DNA from: Octopus vulgaris
Lineage: Eukaryota
Assembly (NCBI GenBank): GCA_951406725.2
Contig: OX597820.1
Location: 119,846,001 to 119,910,000 of the forward strand
Direction: 5' to 3'
Length of the DNA stretch: 64,000 bases
The translations under genes were made by a program, and so were the position numbers. Positions within the stretch are counted from its first letter, which is position 1. Every line of letters begins with the position of its first letter. Positions 30,016 through 44,678 of this stretch are shown here, piece after piece. Below the pieces are notes generated by a model, which was not told the origin of the DNA, ran no database searches, and saw only the letters and a program-made list of their open reading frames with translations.

Positions 30016-30553
30016 TAAAAGGAATTCCAACCTTGTCTGATTTTCACGTTTTATTTACAATCTTATAATGATATATTATAAGATAATATATTATAATTGA
30101 ATAAAATAAAATGAAATAGTAGAATGTTAAATGTTCATTCTGATTGAACTAGTACTTTCATGCATTGAATTCTGCAATCTTTGGGTTCATGTAGTAGTGG
30201 TGACAGTCATGCTTCACAATTTTTGACTGTAGCAAGATGATTGAAAGTAGTCGTTGGATAGTCAAGATATCAAATGGTTACTCCATAGTTTATTTCGATT
30301 CATATTTTGTGTCAATCAATCATCTTGCTACAGTCAAAAATTGTGAAGCATGATTGTCACCACTACTACATGAACCCGAAGATTGCAGAATTCAATGCAT
30401 GAAAGTACTAGTTCAATCAGAATGAACATTTAACATTCAACTATTTCATTTTATTTTATTCAATTATAATATATTATCTTATAATATATCATCATAAGAT
30501 TGTAAATAAAACGTGAAAATCAGACAAGGTTGGAATTCCTTTTATTAATATAT
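30008..30553. repeat. long inverted repeat, arms ~237 bp, loop 71 bp
   Basis: 30008-30244 is the reverse complement of 30316-30553 with about 4 mismatches. Confidence 0.95.
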
Positions 30554-30577
30554 TCTTCTATACACAATCACACACAC

Positions 30578-30633
<56 letters not shown>

Positions 30634-32061
30634 TTCGTTTGAGTTTGTGTATGTGCGGTGGGCCCTGCACATTTGTAGATTCAAAAGATAGGATCATAGA
30701 TTATTCCTCATTCGACCTATGTCTTGCAGCACATACACGAGCACACTCACACACATACATCAACATGCAAGTATATCACAGGAAATAAAATGTTATAAAT
30801 TTAGATACAACACAAAATATGAATCGAAATAAATATGGAGTAACCATTTGATATCTTGCCTATCCAACGACTACTTTCAATCACGAAAATCTTTCACTCA
30901 CTTAGGAGCCTCTAATTGTTGCTTAATTATTATACACACCTTTCATATCCTATCCAGTCTGTTACACCTAACTTCAAATGGATTCCATATAAGCTCCAGA
31001 CTTTTCTCTTGTCTCCATATCCATGGACACAAGCCCAGCTAAAGATGAAATCTGTCAAAATTCATAGACAAACAAATATATTTTCTTCTTTCTATCCAGG
31101 GTATTAAGTTATATAGCCTCTAACTGTTGGCACCGTATAACTTGATAAATCAGTTGATAAATTTTACTACTGTTACTTGTTTATCTATCTATCTATCTAC
31201 CTATCTATATATCAGTCTACCAATCAATCTATCTATCAATCTTGTGTGTATGTGTCTCTGTGTGTGTGTGTGTGTGTGTGTGTTCTGAAACAGGTTAAAG
31301 AGTAAAAGAGTAAAAGAGTACAGATGTCTTGTTGAAGTTCAATTCTCTTTTGAAGTTCAACCGTTCTTTTATTATGAACTTGCCGCTTAAAGCAGATTAT
31401 GGATTAGTTGTTGATAAAACTGTTAAGACATATGTATTTGTATTGGTGGGAAAATATCTTTATCCATTTCATGAGAATAAAATGCTTTACACAAACCGAT
31501 TGTAAATGACTTAATATATACCATATCCAAGCTGCGCAATTCTATTAGATTTGCAATGTGGAGCCTTAAATATGAAATAAATATTACAATAAATTTACAC
31601 ACTTCTCTATGAATTCATCGCAAATTAGTGATTTTCTTTTCTGGAAATAATTTTATTCGGAAAGGATAACGGTTAACAAAACTCCAGGTGAAGAAGAAAA
31701 AGATTATTTTAATCAGACACTTCATAGTGATTTACATCGATTGGGTTCATAATTAATTGTACATCTGTCCATGACTAATGTTCTAGACAAAGACGTCTGA
31801 GTAAGCGTTGTTCTCGACAGCTGTACTCCTGGGTGGTCAAAGCAAGATGAGAGTAGAACGAGTTAAAAAGGATATTAAGAATTTAACGCATATACGAAAC
31901 ATTTTCATTCATGCCTTAATTGTGTGTTAGGAAGAGACGTGTATGTCTAGATCTACATACATGGTTGACACGCAACACAAGACTGCTTAATTAATTACAA
32001 TAGTCCCATCATCAAAAGCAACGCAGACTGTGTGTTCCCTGCACACATACACACCTATATA

Positions 32062-32122
<61 letters not shown>

Positions 32123-32320
32123 GATGTATATATTCGCTTTCTTTTACGCATGCTCTCATATATATATATATAATTGTATTCTTATCTTATATGTATTGAA
32201 TTATAATGTATATACGTATGCTATTAAGGTTCTCATTTTTGTTAAATGAATGAATAATTCAACATTCTAATATCCGAATGTTGATGAGCCAACTAAATTG
32301 TTTCTCCATTTTCTTATTTG

Positions 32321-32361
<41 letters not shown>

Positions 32362-32714
32362 GTAAAAGATAATATATATACATGTATATATATATGTAAA
32401 AGATAAAAGATTATATATATATATACACAGACACACAAACACAGACACGCACAGACACACACCACACACACATACACACACTTACACATATTCTTTTATT
32501 TGTTTCTGCGGTCAAGCTGGAACACCACCGTGATTTTTAATTTACACATCATTCATGCCTGAGCTTTCTTCTCTTGTTTATTGGTCGATTTCATATACGA
32601 GGGAGTTGGATATTGCTGCTCTCATCTGTACCTCATACCGGACCGTGGGTTCGACATTCTTCGTATTCTTATAATTAGAATACAAAGAGATTTTTAAACA
32701 CACCTTTTATAATT

Positions 32715-32985
32715 TGTCACAGTTGTTTGTGTACCAACTCTGCTTGCAATGTCAGTTTAAGCAAAAATTCGGAGCGAAAATGTACGTACTGTTTGCAGTT
32801 TTAGACATTACATTGCCACATCAGATTTGCATCAACGATGCGCTTTCACATTGTACCCATAATGTGAAAGCAAGTCTGATGATGTACCAGTCTTTAACCA
32901 CAGACATTATATGAATTTTCACTTCGAATTTTTGCTTCAACGGACATTGCAAGTAGAGTAAGTACAGAAACAACTGTAACTGATA
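32715..32985. repeat. degenerate palindromic element (MITE-like)
   Basis: cagttgtttgtgtaccaactctgcttgcaatgtc...aagcaaaaattcg is mirrored by cgaatttttgctt...gacattgcaagtagagtaagtacagaaacaactg. Confidence 0.75.
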
Positions 32986-33377
32986 ATTAAAGATGCGTTA
33001 AAGAATTTCTTTGTCCTCTAATTTGGATTATAATTAACTTTTTGACAAACTCACATAATGATGTTACCCTCTGGAAATCAGGATTCTCTACAGATGAAGA
33101 ACTTCGAATTTTGTTGACAGCTAGAACTCGGGCTGAGTACTTCTCTATAAATACCCTAGCTTTATACACTACCAATACCTAAGATTTTTGCTTTATATTG
33201 AATATACACTTTACGTGTTTAAACATCTATGATTCAGCGGTGAAAGAGATTTTCCTAAAAAAATGAAGAACATTTCTAATGATGCATCATTGAAAGACAC
33301 AACTTTATCGGAGCAGACCAAATAACTCATTCGAAAAAAATATTTTATCAAACACACACATACACACGCATGCATCA

Positions 33378-33535
33378 GCGCAAGCGTAGCTGTGAGGTAA
33401 GAAGATTGCTTCCCAACCACATGGTTACGGCTCAGTCCCACTGGGTGGCATCTTCGGAAAGTGTCTTCTACTATAGCCTCGGGCAAACTAAAGCCTTGTG
33501 AGTGGATTAGGTAGACGTAAACTGAAAGAAGCCTG
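33378..33535 (+). mobile_element. SINE family A 5' half
   Basis: Degenerate head through gaaagaagcc. Confidence 0.75.
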
Positions 33536-33569
33536 TAAATATATAGTGAATATTCGTGTGTATGTGAGT

Positions 33570-34200
33570 ACCATCCGCGCGTGTCAGCGGGCGACTAACT
33601 GACTTGTCAAACTTTTCCCTTTAAATACATGCGTTCAGGCTACAGCAGGCAGCCCCAGCAAGTTGTCACGTGACACTGTCTCAACTTTAACTGACCAATG
33701 AAGGCGCATAGTCTTAGCTCACGCATTCTCTAAACGAGACCGTCACTTGTCAATCAGCGAAGCTAATTCAGTGTCAGCTTGTTTCACCTAGTGATGTTAT
33801 TTTCCGCGAGCACGTTATGACTTTCAAGACATTTTTGGTCTTCCCGCTTCAGCCATATATAGAAGCTGGCTTTTTCTACCGCTTCCTGTACTCTCCTTAT
33901 TAGTTTTCTCAGCTCTGAGCTAGAAAAAACAAATCTTCTTTTGAATAGCGTTGTCATTTTCCTTTCAACGAAGCCCATTGACCCCACTGCCAAGTGGTAA
34001 TACTCGACATTCCATCCCCGTTCTCTGCACTCTTCGATTAGTTTTTCGTACCTCTTCTCCTTTCGTTCCTCTGCATTGCCGATGTTCTCTTCCCTTGGCA
34101 CTGTCAGTTCTAGCAAAATTCATATTTTCCTTTCTCTGTTCCGTAGGACTAAATCTGGTCTTTTTTGTCGTTTTTATTAGTGGAAATATTACTTGTCAGT
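33570..34200 (-). mobile_element. RLE non-LTR retrotransposon (HERO-like) 3' end: endonuclease plus 3' UTR
   Basis: RPDLVLRNRERKI*ILLELTVPREENIGNAEERKEKRYEKLIEECRERGW...AVGSMGF, a PD-(D/E)xK REL domain with an in-frame stop. Confidence 0.85.
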
Positions 34201-34373
34201 TGTGACAACAAATTCAAGATCGGTTCCTTCCACAAATGTTGGAAGAAAAACCGAAAGTACTGGGAAATCAAAAATGCATTTTATCAAAAATTCTTACCTA
34301 AACGGAACGTATGAAAATATTGTACGCAACTGGATTATGAAAAATTGGGCAATATTTATAGCAAGGATAATAT

Positions 34374-34755
34374 GGAAGCACTCCGTCGGTTACGACGACG
34401 AGTGTTCCGATTGATCCGATCAACGGAACAGCCTGCTCGTGAAATTAACGTGTAAGTGGCTGAGCACTCCACAGACACGTGTACCCTTAACGTAATTCTC
34501 GGGTATATTCAGCGTGACACAGAGAGTGACAAGGCCGGCCCTTTGAAATACAGGTACAACAGAAACAGGAAGTAAGAGTGAGAGAAAGTTGTGGTGAAAG
34601 AGTACAGCAGGGGACACCACCATCCCTGCCGGGGCCTAGTGAAGCTTTAGGTGTTTTCGCTCAATAAACACTCACAACGCCCGGTCTGGAAATCGAAACC
34701 GCGATCCTACGACCGCGAGTCCGCTGCCCTAACCACTGGGCTATTGCGCCTCCAC
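34374..34755 (-). mobile_element. SINE family B, full length with 14-bp TSD
   Basis: TSD agcaaggataatat at 34360-34373 and 34756-34769. Confidence 0.9.
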
Positions 34756-35235
34756 AGCAAGGATAATATACGTGGACACTAACTCAAAGTGAAAAAAACT
34801 ATGGCCATCATTTTACGTAGTTAACTCACACGCGTTCTGTACGTGGCTTCTTTTTGCAGAAAATATGAGTGGAGTTATTTATGGTTTATGAGAAAGATAA
34901 TCAACTGCGAATACGTAAATACTCACATTTGATCCTCTTCAAGTGGATCATTTTTGTGTGAAATTAATCGACATTCGAGAGAGTGTATGTTTGCATTTTA
35001 AACATGATTTTTATCTTTTGGATTTCTTTCATATTTTATAATCGTATTTACAGATTGTCTTCTGCAATGATTTCTATCGCGTGTATGTCAGAAAGATGTG
35101 TTTATAGTCACTCATAAAGCGGGTTACCTGGTTTTTATGCCATTTAAGTGTATACGTAGACTCAGTCGCATACACACACACACAAATACATATAAGTATA
35201 CATGACTTTTTATACTTACATACACAAACATATGC

Positions 35236-35478
<243 letters not shown>

Positions 35479-35969
35479 GATACACACACTCACACACACT
35501 CACATATATATATTTGTGTCTGTGTGTGCACGTATGCGTGTGTGTGTATGTATGTATGTATCTATGTGTGTATGAGTGTGTGTATTGAAACAGAACTACA
35601 TAATATGAGCGATTTTCAAGACAGCTAGATGTCTTAGTTACTTCGAGCTTCTGAATAATGCCTTACCTTACATCTCACTGCAATGACGGAGGTAGATTTC
35701 GTTATTGCTCAATGCAAAAATGTTTCCTCTCGCTTCCTTCCAATCATGCAGAAGTTAGTATCTCATGAAACGGGCCACAAGAAATTTCTAATTTAACTGT
35801 CTGACAGCGAGATATATTATATAGTGAATAATATCAGTGAGGTGATGAGGTTAGTGAATAAACATTATATCATAATAATTATCTGCATTCTTAAACCCCA
35901 TGTTGTTTCAGATAAAATATTGATCACTTTAGTTGTGCATGTGGCTTTGTTAATATACAAGGCATATGA

Positions 35970-36003
<34 letters not shown>

Positions 36004-36048
36004 ACTGACACACACATATATATATATATATGCGTGTGTGTGTGTGTG

Positions 36049-36114
<66 letters not shown>

Positions 36115-36144
36115 ATACACATATATATAGGGAGACAGAGAGAA

Positions 36145-36453
36145 TATATATATGTAGTATATATATATGTAGTATATATATATATATAGTATCTAGTATA
36201 TATATAATTTATATATATTATATACATATAGTTTATATATAGTATATATATATATATAATTTATATATAGTATATATATTTTATATATAGTATATATATA
36301 TATATATATATAGTATCTAGTATATATATAATTTACATATAGTATATATATATAGTTTATATATAGTATACACATATAGTTTATATATAGTATATATATA
36401 TTTTATATATAGTATATATATATAGTTTATATATAGTATATATAGTATATATA

Positions 36454-36491
<38 letters not shown>

Positions 36492-36625
36492 TATATATAT
36501 ATATATATATATATAAATATATAGATTATATATAGTATATATATATAGTTTATATATAGTATATATATACAGCATATATAGATATTATATATATATATCG
36601 TATATATATATATATATATATAGAA
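36145..36625. repeat. TA-derived higher-order repeat
   Basis: Recurring tatatagtttatatatagtata units. Confidence 0.8.
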
Positions 36626-37106
36626 TATATACATGTTTGTGTATGTGTATTCTTTTATCCTTTTATGTGTTTCAGTTATTTGACTGCGGTCATGTGTATA
36701 TACGTATATATACGTATATACATTTCTGTATAATTAGAAGTTATACATACCTGTCTCTATATATTTAACTATAATGCCACATTCCCACCGTCTCTTAAAA
36801 GTCTACAATTCATATGATGTCAACATTATGCACATATCTATGTATCTATCTACATTTGTGTTTGCTAACATACACACATACCCACATACGCGTGCACACG
36901 CTCACAAACGCACACATACACACACAGACAGATATATATCACTATATATATATATGCGTGAATGTGTGTATGCATATAGCTATATAAACATATAATGTTT
37001 TATATATTCAATTATATATACATGCATGTTGATATCTGTCTATATATGTAACTATCTACTTACACGCACATGTGCATGCGTACACACGCACTCACGCGCG
37101 CACAGA

Positions 37107-37166
<60 letters not shown>

Positions 37167-39989
37167 CAACTAGTTTTGATTTTAAGTGAATGCATGTGTT
37201 ATACAATATTCGTCCTGGCATCATCATTGATAATGTTAGATCTTTCCCTCGCAACACCTGCATAATCTCTTGGGCCACATAAGTGGAGGGAGAACATTTT
37301 TATATCTCGGTTTCTATATATTTGGCCGAGAATATTTTCAAGTATTTCATCTTCATCCATCCATCTTTTGCTTACATTATTCATTTAGCAATTTGCTTCA
37401 TTTATAATGTAATTAGTATTAATCGTTTATCTTAATGTCGATAGATTCATCAACACAGAATTCTGATTGCTTCTGTCATATTACCTGATGAGTTAATTGT
37501 TTTTTGTACGATTAGTCGTTTCTTACAAGACCTACAGCGATCTTCACTTATAAAGGTGATCAATGCAAACCGTCTTTTGGTCTGTTTAAAATCACGAGAT
37601 GGAACTGCACATCGCCACCCACACACACACAGAAGGCCTAGGCCTAGGGAATCTAGGAAAGGTTGCAGTTAGAAAGATTGCAATAATTTTCCCTAACATC
37701 CAGAAATACTGACATCAACTTCGACATAATAAAAGCTCTCAAATCACAAATAAGTCCCCACAGTGGTTACAAATCTTTCCTTGCAGATATATTTGAAAAC
37801 GTATAACCGAAGGAATAGCAACAATGCCAATAATCGCTTGCATCCCAATTAATATGCTCTTATATATGTGTCGTATAAAAGGTGGAGGCACCTTTCAATG
37901 TTCCCACGTGAAATACATGTAATCTAACTGTCTGTAGCGCGTATCAACTTGGAGGTACTTGGACAGTTGAACAGAATAGCTTTGATAAAGGAAGATTATC
38001 ATATTTGGATGCAATACAGCGTTGTTCGTGCTTTGCTGCAAAATGCTGGGGTTTAGAATCAGAATAACATGATACATTTCAAATATAACATCTGTAGATC
38101 GTAAATGCGTACTCAAAACACATCTCAACTCCGATTTGCAAATACCACATACCCGCAAAGCAAGGATATCATACTTTATTTTTCCAAAGCTGATTTTAGG
38201 TTTAGTTCACGCCTAAGTGGTTTTCCTTGTTTAATATCATCTCTTTATTCAGAAATTGTGTATCTAAGATTTTATCACATAACGTGATCCAGCATTTTAA
38301 AAGTGGAATATTCATGTGGTTATTTTAGAGATATATTCTTGTGGTTAGAGTAAGTCGTTTGGCTATAAACAACCCCTAAATTGACCTGGAATAACATTCG
38401 TCAGTCTTGATGATAATATCGTGTCTAGACGACACGTGAAGCCCTTTCACTGAGGTACAATCGGTTGGTAAAGTGAATTACGTTTGTGAAAATATTTAGT
38501 GCTGTGGAGGTTAGATATCATAAAATTATTGAGTAGATCCTCCACCAATCACCCAATTCACGAAGAATATATTTTTAATATAATTTTTTTTTTTAGAATG
38601 TGTATAGACACTAGGACTTGTTGGTAAATAACTATATGCAGATGAGAAATCTGGCAGAAATGCACACGCTGCTAATTACTAATTGTGTAGACTAGCATAT
38701 GAAGCTTAAGTTATTTTCTCTGTTTCCCAATTTTACTGTAAATAGAAATGAATTATTGTCGTGTTCGGGGTGAGCTTCTAACGATAAACTTACCTTATAT
38801 AAATTAAACTATTCTACATCGCGAATTGAAACCGTTTAAAACCGTCCTCTCCATTTAAAAATCAATTACAGTGTAATTTTCTGTAGTATTTTGACTTGAA
38901 GTAGTATATTTCTATGAAGGATACGTTACAGTACTTTTGATATAAGTGTACAACCGTTCAATATGTTTTTCTGCCGGAAGACATCGGAACGAAGACAAAA
39001 GTAGCGGAGTACTATGGGGAACAATGTACGATTATTTATTTATTGTTTTCTGCCATAAAGCAGATTCCCTCCGCAAAAATATTGACTTTATGCCTTGGCA
39101 AAGTAATCTAATTATATTCCCAGGAAAGGAACTGTTCAATTTTGACATCTAACTTTATACTTGGAAAATTCACATCAGATTCTTTCATCCAACGAAATAA
39201 TAAAACTGAACGATTATTGTCTTAGCAGAAAGTCAGTAGTCTACACTGCAGGAAATTATAATTATGACGTTCTGATCCCAAAACGACATGGCGGTGTTCT
39301 TTTCTCACAATCTCTCACGAAAGAGTTTCAATCAGAAACCGTGAAATTAAACACATCACACTGATGTTTGATATGCAGGAGTCGCGGTACATACGATGGC
39401 TGTTATTACCTCGAATGTGTTACACAATCTAGCAAACAAACAGCAAAACACACATATGTAGGTACCTTTCTATATATTCATATATGCATGCATGTATATG
39501 CGTGTATACAGACACACACACACTCACACACACATATTTACATATATATATATGTGCATATGCCTATGTGGTTAACATCCCTTTGCATACATGTGTGAAT
39601 GTGACTGTTGTTCGGTGGATGTGCAAGTGCGCACATGGAGGTGAAAAAGGGACCAATCTTTAAAGAAATAATTGCATGCTTTAATGCAAACGATAGAGAA
39701 ACACGTTTCAAAGAAGCGTGCTTGTATTACCACTGTCGAAAATTCTGAAGCATATTTTGCACAGTAATTACATAACCAAACAAGAGATTGGAAGAAAAAC
39801 AAAATATATGCGTCCTTTATTCACCATTACACATGTTTCATTTAGTAATAGGTGTTGGAAAATTATGCATATAGGAAAATCAGGTAAAATATCTCCTGTT
39901 AGAAATGCGTTAGACACACAATCAAATATTACCAAAATACAAAAAAAAATATCGTTTCTAAACTCCTGTTAATATCTATCTATCTAAAA

Positions 39990-40300
39990 GCCAGCGAGTT
40001 TGCAGAAACGTTAGAGCACCAGGCGAAATGCTTAGAGGTATTTCGTCTTCCGCTACGCTCTGAGTTCCAATTCCGCCGTGGTTGTCTTTGTCTTTCATCC
40101 TTTCGGGGTCGATTAAATAAGTACCAGTTACGCACTGGGGTCGATGTAATCGACTGAATCCGTTTGTCTGTCCATGTTCGTCCCCTCTGTGTTTAGCCCT
40201 TTGTGGGTAGTAAAGAAATAGAAATAGGTATTTCGTCTGCTGCTACGTTCTGATTTCAAATTCCGCGCAGGTTGACTTTGTGCTTAGAGTAGGAAAGAAT
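39990..40300 (+). mobile_element. SINE family C plus partial tandem duplicate
   Basis: Contains tctttcatcctttcggggtcgattaaataagtaccag and the tail cccctctgtgtttagccctttgtgggtagtaaagaaata, then restarts at ggtatttcgtctgc. Confidence 0.85.
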
Positions 40301-40301
40301 T

Positions 40302-40356
<55 letters not shown>

Positions 40357-40499
40357 TTTTTATATGTATACGTGTGAGTGTGGGTATATGTTGTGTGTGT
40401 TTGGTATTATGGGAGTGTCTTGTATGTGTGTGTATGTTATTGGGGGTGTGTGTGTGTGACAGGTCCTAATTTATTTTTCGTGTTGGGAGTTTCGATAAT

Positions 40500-41010
40500 T
40501 ATTTGTGGTTTATAATTGTAGATGAATTGCTTTTCTTTGTTTATTCTCTGTTGTTGGGTGAAAGAGTCGGAGCACTTCTAGGGGGGGTAATTTTAAAATT
40601 GGTTAAAACTATTCCCGCACAGTTTGCAATGTGACAACTCAGGGGAATCTTTGTTCTGCTCTGGTCTCGGATCTGTTGGTGGTGTATCGTCATTCCTAAT
40701 GTTTAATGAAACACCCGTCTGTCCTATGTAGTTTTGTCTTTTTGGCACTTAACGCATGTTATTGTGTAAATTAGGTTTTGAGAGTTACAGCTGAAATTTC
40801 CTTTTACTTTAAAGATTTATCCATCTTTAAATTTGAATTTTAGTCCTTCCATTAAATATAAGCAGTTGCCGCAATTTGTTCTTCCACATATTATCACAGT
40901 TGGACTGGGAATTTGTTTCTGTGCTTTTATTCCAGTTAGGATTTGTTTGAGTGTTTTGGGTTGCCTTTTGCTTTTGAGGATTCTACCATGTGTCAACCTT
41001 CAACCCCAGA
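40500..41010 (-). mobile_element. Penelope-like GIY-YIG endonuclease fragment
   Basis: Minus strand GNFSCNSQNLIYTITCVKCQK..NYIGQTG..RMTIHHQQIRD, frameshifted. Confidence 0.8.
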
Positions 41011-42149
41011 AACACCGAAATATCTGACCTCATCTAAAAAATCATCCCCATTCTCCTTGACTATGAAAAAAATGAAACAAATTCTGGAAACATACATACA
41101 CACACATACTCACGCGCACATATACAAATAAATCTGATGTTATACCTATTCTCGTGAGATATAATTATTGAGGTACATGCAATAAACAATCTTGCCTAGA
41201 TTTATATGCGGTGGATTTTGATCTCATGTAGCATTAGTTGGCAGTCCAGAAGTCATACCTAATCGGCATCGACGCCGCCTAGAGAGCGAGAGAAAGACAG
41301 AGAGAGAGAGAGAAAGAGAGAGAGGGTGGGGAGAAGATCAAAGCGAAATACAAAATGTATGAGATCAATCAAAAAGGCTTATGATTCATTGATATACAAC
41401 GGGATGCTGTAAAACTTTCCATTCGGTCATGCACAAATGCACTAACAACAAAGACAAGATAAGATGCATCATTAATTTATGTGAGATCGACGTTGCTATG
41501 GCAAGGATATTGCCATAGTAACGCTACATATCAGGGCACAGCCTTATTTTATAGACGTTATCAATAATGCCGTTGTTCATTAAAAATTTTATTAATGTTA
41601 ATTTTCACTTTCATCTGTTTTGTTATTCCATTTTATAATTTTTGATGGTAATACTTCAAGTATACCACATATATTTAGTGTCTTAACAACAACTATAAGA
41701 GTATTTTAGAACAAAGAGAAATCGTATGGATTGATATTAGGAATGGGGCGGATGCTGTATCTTTCAAAACAGGTACAAAGCGTTGTCTCACAACCGTATT
41801 ATTTAAAATATTAATTTCTTAATGGGCCTCTTTAAAACAAGAACGGTGCACTTCATATAAACTATATAAAGTATTATGTATAACCTAAATAGTTTGCTCC
41901 GATTTCCTACATTGGAAAATTCGATGGAAGCGTTTGGCCTTATATTATAAAGATTGTGCAGGTATGTATGTATGCATGTACGTACATATATGTAAACACA
42001 CACACACAGACACACACAGACACACACACTCATATATGTTTGTGTATTTTATTAACGCTTACTTTTATATTGACTTAAATAATTTAATATTAATCTGATG
42101 GTCTACTCTCTCTATTTGTGGAGCACAAATATATTATTCGAATACAAGA

Positions 42150-42242
42150 ATGTTGTTGACAGTGACTCCACAATTTCGGCCAGCTAAGTAGTCCGACGAT
42201 GGATTAGTGGATGGCCAAAACGTCGAAGTCACTATCAACACC
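42150..42242. repeat. degenerate inverted repeat with hammerhead-like core
   Basis: gttgacagtgactc...ggcca is mirrored by tggcc...gaagtcactatcaac; contains ccgacga...ggccaaaacgtc. Confidence 0.55.
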
Positions 42243-42311
42243 ATGCTTGTATAAGCTTGTGTGCTTATGCATGTGTTCCTGTATATATACATACGTATAT
42301 ATATATATATA

Positions 42312-42649
<338 letters not shown>

Positions 42650-42765
42650 GATTGATTGATAGACAGACATACAGATAGATAGATGGATAGATAGATATAA
42701 AGTAAGACAGAAAAAAGAAACATACATAAGAGATTGAACAACATTATTTAAATTTTCTAAAATTC

Positions 42766-42882
42766 CTACAATTGTTTCGACAACTTTTTACACTAGTAAG
42801 ACGGCGGTGAGATGATATAATGAAAGCAATGTACAATGACTATCATCCACCAAACCTGTAAACTACGCTTCTTCAGGGGATG
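42766..42882 (-). ncRNA. hammerhead ribozyme candidate with extended stem II
   Basis: Minus strand atccc CTGAAGA ...tttaca..ggtggatgata...tatcatctcacc..tgtaaa... GAAAC aatt GTA ggaat. Confidence 0.5.
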
Positions 42883-43291
42883 GTTTTCCTTAGATATACT
42901 TTGTTCGATAATGCTCAGTTTGAGAATGAATATCTAAAGCAGTATGAGATTTTCAGTAGTATTAAGCTATTGGCCGACAAAACTGATGGATGATACTGAT
43001 TACACAATATGCCAACTACATAATCTTGCCAGTATCTGCGTGTGTGAAAATGTATCGAAGCAATTGTAAATAAAATGATTTGTAAATGTAGAATGCCGTT
43101 CGTTCCACTTTCTAATGTTTGTCTAGTTGCAGAAACTCTACAGACAGGACGGAGTTTAGAATGTATATTGAACAGCAAAAGCATTCCCACAGTTTGATTA
43201 CATCTGGTTGCCAATAACTGTGGACGAGCTTTGCGTAACATTCTACGAGATTTTTATCCGAATCGTATTTAAATATAGGAGTGTGTGTGTG

Positions 43292-43348
<57 letters not shown>

Positions 43349-43527
43349 TAAAAGATATGCTTAACACAAATTGTCATCACTCCTAACTACGTAAAATTCA
43401 TCTTTGTGGTAATTTCATCATCTGGATTGATTGTTCCAGCAGCAATTTAATGGTGTCCCACAGCAGTTTTTAGGGGTAGCTCCTTTTTGCATTACGTTCC
43501 ACACACCAATTTATGTATATACGTATA

Positions 43528-43571
<44 letters not shown>

Positions 43572-43572
<1 letters not shown>

Positions 43573-43948
43573 TCTTTTACTCTTTTACTGTTTTACTTGT
43601 TTCAGTCATTTGACTACGGCCATGCTGGAGCACCGCCTTTAGTCGACTTGTTCTTTTTGTAAGCCCAGTACTTATTCTATCGGTCTCTCTTTGCCGAACC
43701 GCTAAGTGACGGGGACGTAAACACACCAGCATCGGTTGTCAAGCAATGCTAGGGGGACAAACCCAGACACACAAACACATACACACACACTTATGTATAT
43801 ATATATACGACAGGCTTCTCTTAGTTTCCGTCTACCAAATCCACTCACAAGGTATTGGTCGACAGAAGACACTTGCCGAAGATGCCACGCAGTGGGACTG
43901 AAACCGGAACCATGTGGTTGGTTAGCAAGCTACTTACCACACAGCCAC
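43572..43948 (-). mobile_element. SINE family A with small internal deletions
   Basis: Reverse complement of family A. Confidence 0.9.
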
Positions 43949-44374
43949 AATGATTACAATGAATAATTGTCAGTTTATTACAGATGTTTGTTACGTAACT
44001 TTTTAATAGCAGAATGAGAACATTACTCCATTACAATAAACCGTAATCATAAGATCAGAATGTAATTCTACAAAAACAAAATATCCCAAGAATACAGCAG
44101 AGATGTGACTGAAGTTTGTCGAGGCCAACTATGAAATGGGAGAATGACCAACGTTGAGTTAAAGAATATAGCTCTTGAAAGTGTTTAATATGATATCTAA
44201 GTGCTCATGAGGCTGGTTTTCTCTCTGTACACAACCGGAATCTCCTATTTGATATTTATCAACCAAAGGCCGGAACCACAGGTTTATCCAACCATACCTG
44301 GTGCATATCTTTTCAAGTATCTTATTTTATTTGAATACTTATTTTACTATTTAACACACCCACACACATATAAA

Positions 44375-44421
<47 letters not shown>

Positions 44422-44678
44422 ACATTCTTTTATTCTTTTATTCTTTTACTTGTTTCAGTCAGCCAAGAATGCGTACCTCCATATACTTATAATGTATACA
44501 GGGATGTACTTGTCGTTCGGTCTCGTTCGTTGTGATGTTTACGTCAGCGATGTACATTGGAACAAGTAGAAAAAAGGTAAATATTATGAAAATACACAAA
44601 AATCTATTGATATGGGAGAGAAATGTCTTTTGATAAACCTGTTGCATATAATTCATTATCATCATAATAAATGCATTG

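Noticed and set aside
37199-37384. 61-aa ORF as a host exon or transposase remnant
   Set aside because: No recognisable motif or splice signals.
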